A stretch of 62,579 nucleotides of DNA, counting the filler, from Globobulimina sp. (lineage: Eukaryota): assembly GCA_003354225.1 (NCBI GenBank). It is 32 parts of 32 records of this genome, joined end to end, with 100 filler letters (N's around TTAATTAATTAA, not from the genome) between each part and the next. Parts side by side here need not be neighbours in the genome. Positions count along the whole stretch, not along the records: positions 58,768 to 60,623 come from PIVH01011175.1; positions 60,724 to 62,579 come from PIVH01011176.1; 30 more parts are not named here. One strand, 5' to 3'. Numbering within the stretch: position 1 is the stretch's first letter; every line of letters begins with the position of its first letter. Positions 60,247 to 62,579 of this stretch are shown here, piece by piece. A program made the translations under genes and the position numbers. The notes beneath the pieces were generated by a model that worked only from the letters and a program-made list of their open reading frames with translations, made no database searches and had not been told where the DNA came from.

Positions 60247-60723
60247 TATTATATTTTTTGCACTTGTTTGTTTGAGAAAGAAAGGGTGTAAAAGATTGAG
60301 TTGATGAAAATTACAAAAAACTTCAAAAAAACTGAACTTACCTTAGATGGATGGCTGCATGGGATATTTTACTTAATATTACTCATTATTAATATAGAAC
60401 AGAACAAAAAAAAATAGATATTTTTATGTTCTGCAACAATTGTTTTATCTTGTTCCACAAGTAAACTCTATTAATTATTGTTTGTTATTATCATATTTCT
60501 TGTGTTCTGTTCCAGAATATGTATAGAACATGCTGTTTTTGTTCCATTCCATGCTCTTAATAAGTAATATTAGCATTTTTGGAACACAAAAAAACTGTTC
60601 TAGTTACATGCTGGAACAGAACANNNNNNNNNNNNNNNNNNNNNNNNNNNNNNNNNNNNNNNNNNNNTTAATTAATTAANNNNNNNNNNNNNNNNNNNNN
60701 NNNNNNNNNNNNNNNNNNNNNNN

Positions 60724-61476
60724 GCTTCCCATCAGTTAAGTAGCAAGGCAACGTTTGCTTTTGAAAAAGCGCGTAGTTTAGTACAAGGCTTCATCTGCGC
60801 TAAAAGTGTTAAAGAAATTATATGGACGAAAGGGACAACTGAAAGTATTAATCTAGTCGTACAAAGTCTAGCAAGAAATACCTTAAAACCGGGAGACGAA
60901 ATTGTTCTCTGCGTTAGCGAACATCACGCAAACATCGTACCTTGGCAAATTGTCGCAGAACAAACGGGTGCTCAAATCAACGTATTACCAATAAATAGTT
61001 ATGGTTATATCGACGTTGATGAAATAGATAATATCGTTAGTGATAAGACAAAATTTGTTGCTTGCGCTCATATTTCTAATGTTTTAGGGCGAATAAATCC
61101 TATTAAGCAACTGATTGAAAAAGCGAAGTCGGTTGGTGCTATTAGTGTAATAGATGGTGCTCAAGCAGTGTCCCATTTACCGGTAAACGTACAGTTACTT
61201 GACTGTGATTTCTATGTTTTCTCGGCTCATAAAATGTTTGGACCAACAGGTATAGGTGTACTTTATGGTAAAAAAGAGCTCCTGGAAAATATGTTGCCCT
61301 ATCAAGGGGGAGGAGAAATGATTAAAACTGTAAGCTTTACCCAAGGTACAACATTTAATTCATTGCCCTTTAAGTTTGAGGCGGGAACCCCCAATATTTC
61401 CGGTGTCATTGCTTTTGCTCAGAGTATTAACTTTTTAGCACCTTTGTTAGCTGATGATAGTAATGGTTATTTATAA
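60724..61476 (+). CDS. sufS: Bacterial SufS/CsdA-type cysteine desulfurase, internal fragment truncated at a probable chimeric junction
   Basis: Frame from 60724 contains GTTESIN, EHHANIVPWQ, DGAQ, FSAHKMFGPTGIG and FEAGTPN. The C-terminal domain with the catalytic Cys is missing. Confidence 0.9.
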   Translation, partial: ASHQLSSKATFAFEKARSLVQGFICAKSVKEIIWTKGTTESINLVVQSLARNTLKPGDEIVLCVSEHHANIVPWQIVAEQTGAQINVLPINSYGYIDVDEIDNIVSDKTKFVACAHISNVLGRINPIKQLIEKAKSVGAISVIDGAQAVSHLPVNVQLLDCDFYVFSAHKMFGPTGIGVLYGKKELLENMLPYQGGGEMIKTVSFTQGTTFNSLPFKFEAGTPNISGVIAFAQSINFLAPLLADDSNGYL

Positions 61477-61761
61477 CTTTATAAGAAGAACCAAAAGTGA
61501 TAAAATAAACATGCAGAACCGTTTGGAACCTGTCACAATTTTTTTATCCAACAAACTAATATCTGCTCTTGTATGTGATTCGGGAGCTACGGTTTGCATG
61601 TTGACACGACTTTTTGTTTGCTATAAAACGGCTGGGGAAGTGTATACTTTTTGGGTAGATCTACTGTTTTTTGAAGTTAAGTTTTTTTTATTCAGTAATA
61701 GTTCAAATTAGTGACCAGTAATCTAAATATACACAATATACACAATATACAGAATACTTTT

Positions 61762-62579
61762 ATGGCTTCTCTACAGAAATTGATAAATAACTTGTTATCC
61801 TCATCAAATCCTCTTTATTTGGCTGAATTATGCGATGAATATATCAAGGACGATGGATGCAAACTGGTTTGTGATAAATTATCATCCATCGACACCATTC
61901 ACACCATTGATTTCCGAGGTAATGATATTCAACAACTCGGTGCGCAAGCAATTGTTGAATTGATTCAACGTAATACAAATATTAAAACCCTTAAATTAGA
62001 ATGGAATTTGTTGGGATTACAAAATGCTGTTTCTGTTCTTTGTCAAGGATTGATACTGTCATCAATATGTCATTTGGATTTAAGAAACAATAAAATCGAT
62101 AGCAGAGGCGGCAAAATAATAAGTGAGATGTTAAGCAATAATAAAACATTAAATCATATAGATTTACGATGGAATAATTTAGGATTAATTGGTGGCGAAT
62201 ATATATTACAAACATTATCTGGCGACGAATCTGCGGATAATTGTACATTAACAGTATGCCTATTGAGTGGTAACCAAATCCCAGTGCACATATTACGATC
62301 TATTGATAATAAATTAAATAAAAATAAACGACAAAGTGTAGAATTACAGAGAACGCAAATTGTATCCGTATCGGAATTAGGCTCTGCAGAAAATATACAA
62401 AATGTACAAACCACAGCCGAAACAAAGACCAGTTTACAAAACTCAGCAGATACTATTCAAACATTACAGGAAGAACTTAATGATTTGTTTGGCGAAAAAA
62501 GTGGTTTACAGACCCTTCTGATCTTTCGAACCGGGGACTTGAGACACGAAAACTCTATGATGAGACATCGGAAAAAGGC
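61762..62579 (+). CDS. Eukaryotic RNI-type LRR protein (LRRC45-like), 5' part (not in ORF track; open to window end)
   Basis: IDFRGNDI, LKLEWNLLG, LDLRNNKI, IDLRWNNLG and LLSGNQIP, then coiled coil. Confidence 0.8.
   Translation, partial: MASLQKLINNLLSSSNPLYLAELCDEYIKDDGCKLVCDKLSSIDTIHTIDFRGNDIQQLGAQAIVELIQRNTNIKTLKLEWNLLGLQNAVSVLCQGLILSSICHLDLRNNKIDSRGGKIISEMLSNNKTLNHIDLRWNNLGLIGGEYILQTLSGDESADNCTLTVCLLSGNQIPVHILRSIDNKLNKNKRQSVELQRTQIVSVSELGSAENIQNVQTTAETKTSLQNSADTIQTLQEELNDLFGEKSGLQTLLIFRTGDLRHENSMMRHRKK

Overview
This window is not one locus. It is 32 unrelated contigs of about 1.86 kb (1860 down to 1856 bp, sorted by length), joined by 31 artificial 100-bp linkers (N44-TTAATTAATTAA-N44), so adjacency across linkers means nothing. 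Most contigs come from an AT-rich protist with short GT-AG introns and the standard genetic code. The gene families (Cys-rich/PT-repeat membrane proteins, a divergent alpha-tubulin, SAM/PH/UBL fusions) suggest a foraminiferan or other rhizarian, which is an inference. Recognisable eukaryotic genes include cyclophilin, PDI, PABP, CPSF1, Nup54, a RAD5/16-type SNF2 ATPase, SET-domain proteins and transporters. Eukaryotic transposable elements present are a Penelope-like RT-GIY-YIG element, DIRS/Ngaro-type pol and gag, a CRE/R2-like non-LTR 5' end and a PIF/Harbinger fragment. Three contigs are bacterial: a polysaccharide locus, Bacteroidota-like mrdA-rodA, and a complete IS. At least two contigs are bacterial/eukaryotic chimeras, suggesting whole-genome amplification. 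The most interesting items are: (1) a complete IS that I cannot assign to a family, with 49-bp bipartite TIRs and an A9 frameshift, inserted in a REP hairpin; (2) an alpha-tubulin with about 80 extra residues in the lumenal K40 loop; (3) a Penelope-like element with a 130-aa linker; (4) a TCGCA motif with an 8-nt period in introns of four unrelated genes; (5) introns built from palindromic repeats; (6) a hairpin-rich noncoding contig that shares an element with another contig; (7) unusual ubiquitin-like fusions. I found no clear multi-gene novel system, and the short contigs limit what can be seen. All family calls come from motif recognition by eye, not from database searches.
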